Shown here: positions 61,800 through 64,000 of the stretch, in pieces
Layout of the letters: each line of letters starts with the position of its first letter
Numbering within the stretch: the stretch's first letter is position 1
The notes under the pieces: generated by a model
Database searches by the model: none
The model's input: the letters and a program-made list of their open reading frames with translations, nothing else
What the model was told of the DNA's origin: nothing
From: Vicugna vicugna
Taxonomy: Eukaryota
NCBI GenBank assembly: GCA_013265495.1
Contig: MU057744.1
Location: 2,245,370-2,309,369, forward strand
Reading direction: 5' to 3'
Length of the DNA stretch: 64,000 nucleotides
Position numbers and translations under genes: made by a program

Positions 61800-63420
61800 T
61801 CCAGCTGTCTCTCTTTTAAAGGTAAAATCACACGCTCACTATTGTGAAAATAACACACGTTCACTGTGTATAGTTTAAAAATTAAGCAATATAGGAAGCT
61901 GGAAAGGTGAAGGCAAACCCCTCCTCCCAAATCCTCAAAATTCTCCTTGCAGAAACATCTTAAGACTTTATTTGACGTAATTATTAATACATTTCTAAAT
62001 ACTTACATATAGAGAGGGATGTCTACCTATCTGTCTGCCAACCTACCTATCCACCCATCCATCTAGATTTTCCAAACCACGACCATACTCTTACAACACT
62101 CCTTCAGTGATGTATGGGTACCTTTTACCCATTTTTAACAAAAACATGATCTGTAGCAAAAATCTAAGCGTTTCCAAATTTCAGAAAAAAAAATTGATCC
62201 AAAGAGATTATTTTCCAACAACTGTATATTCTGCAACTGTTAATGAGGAAATCATGAAAATCACTAACTAAGAGTATGAACTTGTTAAGTGTTTTTAACT
62301 ACAACTTTAAAAAACATCTATTAATTCTGGTTTTCCCATTCTCCCACCTCCCTGTTTTATTGTGTATATAACTGGTTTAAATTTTTTAGAGTTTGTAACA
62401 TGTGCTCTTTGTTTTATAATTTAATTTCAGCATTTTTAAAATTTATATTTTAACTGATTCTGTGCTTACCACCAGTGAGCATTCTCCATTCTTGAGGGTT
62501 TTTTTGGATTTTTTTTTTATTTGGTGTTATTGCTTTTTGGACAGAATTTTCCATCTTCAATTTCCATCTTTTCTGTAGCTTATTTTCCAAGCTACATTCT
62601 TTAGCATGCCAGTAGTTTATCTTTTTATTTTAAAGCTAAATTAGCTTTCTAAATACATCTCATGTGCTGTGTGGATTCCTTTAAATAATTAAAACGTTAA
62701 AGAGATTTTTTCACGTCTCCTTTTGAACACTAAATAGAACCATGATCCCCTCTTCCTTTATTTGGAACTAGCCTGTATGGTACGTTTCTTTCATGCCCTT
62801 CACTTTTGTACTGTCGTGTGTATTCCTTAAGTTTATAGCAACATATACTTTGCATGGTTCCCGACTGTGTCTCTGGCCTTTTTAAACTTTACATGCAAGT
62901 TATCACACTGTATCTATCCTTCCAATGTTTTTTTTTCAGTTGTTCACTTGTGTTTCGAGCTCAATTCATGACCGATGCTACGTGTACCAGACGTCGAGCC
63001 GTACAGCACTGGTGCATACCCGTGAGTGCTTCCGCATGAATGGTTGGCCATCTGGGATGTTTATTCTGTTTCTCCATCATAAACAATGTTACAGTGAACA
63101 CAATTCAATACGTCACGTTACGCTTCTCTCTGAGCCTTCCTCTAGGATAGTACTGCTGAATTACAAGACACGCACATTTTAACTCGTACCGCGTTTTGTC
63201 AAATTGCCTGCAACTTCGCTTATCTGGTTTACTACCCAAATGCAAAACTCCGAAGCTTCTTCTTGACAACCTTGAAACACCTGAGGTTAGCAGACATTCA
63301 AATTTCTGCCAGTCTAATTTATAAAGATTTTTTTCATTGAATACTAATATTGATCGCTTCTATTTTAATACCTTTCAAGTTTGTTCTCTGTGAATAATAC
63401 TATGTGTGTATTGGATCTCC
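61800..63420 (-). mobile_element. Patchwork of ancient L1ME-like antisense remnants
   Basis: T-rich degraded segments such as TTCACTTGTGTTTCGAGCTCAATTCATG..., TAAACAATGTTACAGTGAACA, TGTCAAATTGCC, AATTTCTGCCAGTCTAAT; boundaries approximate. Confidence 0.55.
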
Positions 63421-64000
63421 TTAAATTTAAGAGGAATTTAAGTTTTTAAATGTAGAGAAATTACTATACCTTGAACCAGGAAATACAATATTTCAATGCA
63501 CAACTCAGGTAGGAACTAATAATTCTGACAATATTTTATTTTTTTCTTTCCCTCAGAAACTTTAAAACTTCCATGTTTTACATGTTCGTCCTGGATACAT
63601 TCCTATATTTTGACTGTGTCTCTCTAACTAAGAGCAGCCTTATTCATTTCTCTCCTTCTTTGCCCACACAAACTACCTGGCATTCCTCTTACAAACGCTG
63701 GCACTAAAATCTGTGTCCTGGTTACCACTGAGAGACCCTTCATAGTCACAGGCCTGCTTTTCAACCTAAACTGTTCTGTCAGTTGATAAAGACAAAGGCT
63801 GAATTCTCCCAGTAATATTATAACAAATGTTGCACTTACAAAACTAGATCTGCTTGGAGGCACATGAAGCAATATTACAGTTGTAAAAAAAGACAAGACC
63901 GTCTGCTTTATTCACTGAATTGATGTAATGACCCTGGGTGTGTTCTGTGGAGTCAGTCCTCCATCCCAGCAAGGCCATTCATTATCTCGTTCCCGACTGG

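Noticed and set aside
63677..63765. Possible 89-bp minus-strand exon (AG|GTTGAAAAG...GCCAG|GTAGTT)
   Set aside because: Poor polypyrimidine tract, weak donor, unrecognised translation; cannot be excluded without RNA data

Overview
Mammalian genomic DNA, most likely a camelid (alpaca, llama or camel), judged from three Vic-1-type tRNA-derived SINEs and the L1 3' ends. I find no protein-coding gene, RNA gene or CRISPR array that I can support. The long ORFs in the track are either L1 ORF1/ORF2 remnants or chance ORFs in GC-rich DNA. The window looks like intergenic or large-intron sequence. It holds young and ancient LINE-1 fragments, two solo ERV LTRs, an ERVL-like internal remnant, old DNA transposons (MER20, MER81), microsatellites, and two CpG islands with no identifiable gene (about 9.3-10.7 kb and 41.8-43.6 kb). 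Most notable observations: (i) local patches where repeats are shifted from A/T to G/C, suggesting GC-biased gene conversion; (ii) about half of the second CpG island appears to be the CpG-rich 5' UTR of an ancient L1, and part of the first may be a GC-rewritten L2; (iii) two TSD-bounded, internally inverted (twin-primed) L1 insertions, one carrying an A-A-B-A-B-A minisatellite. Repeat family names come from my recollection of consensus sequences, not from a database search. I see no evidence for a wholly new biological system.
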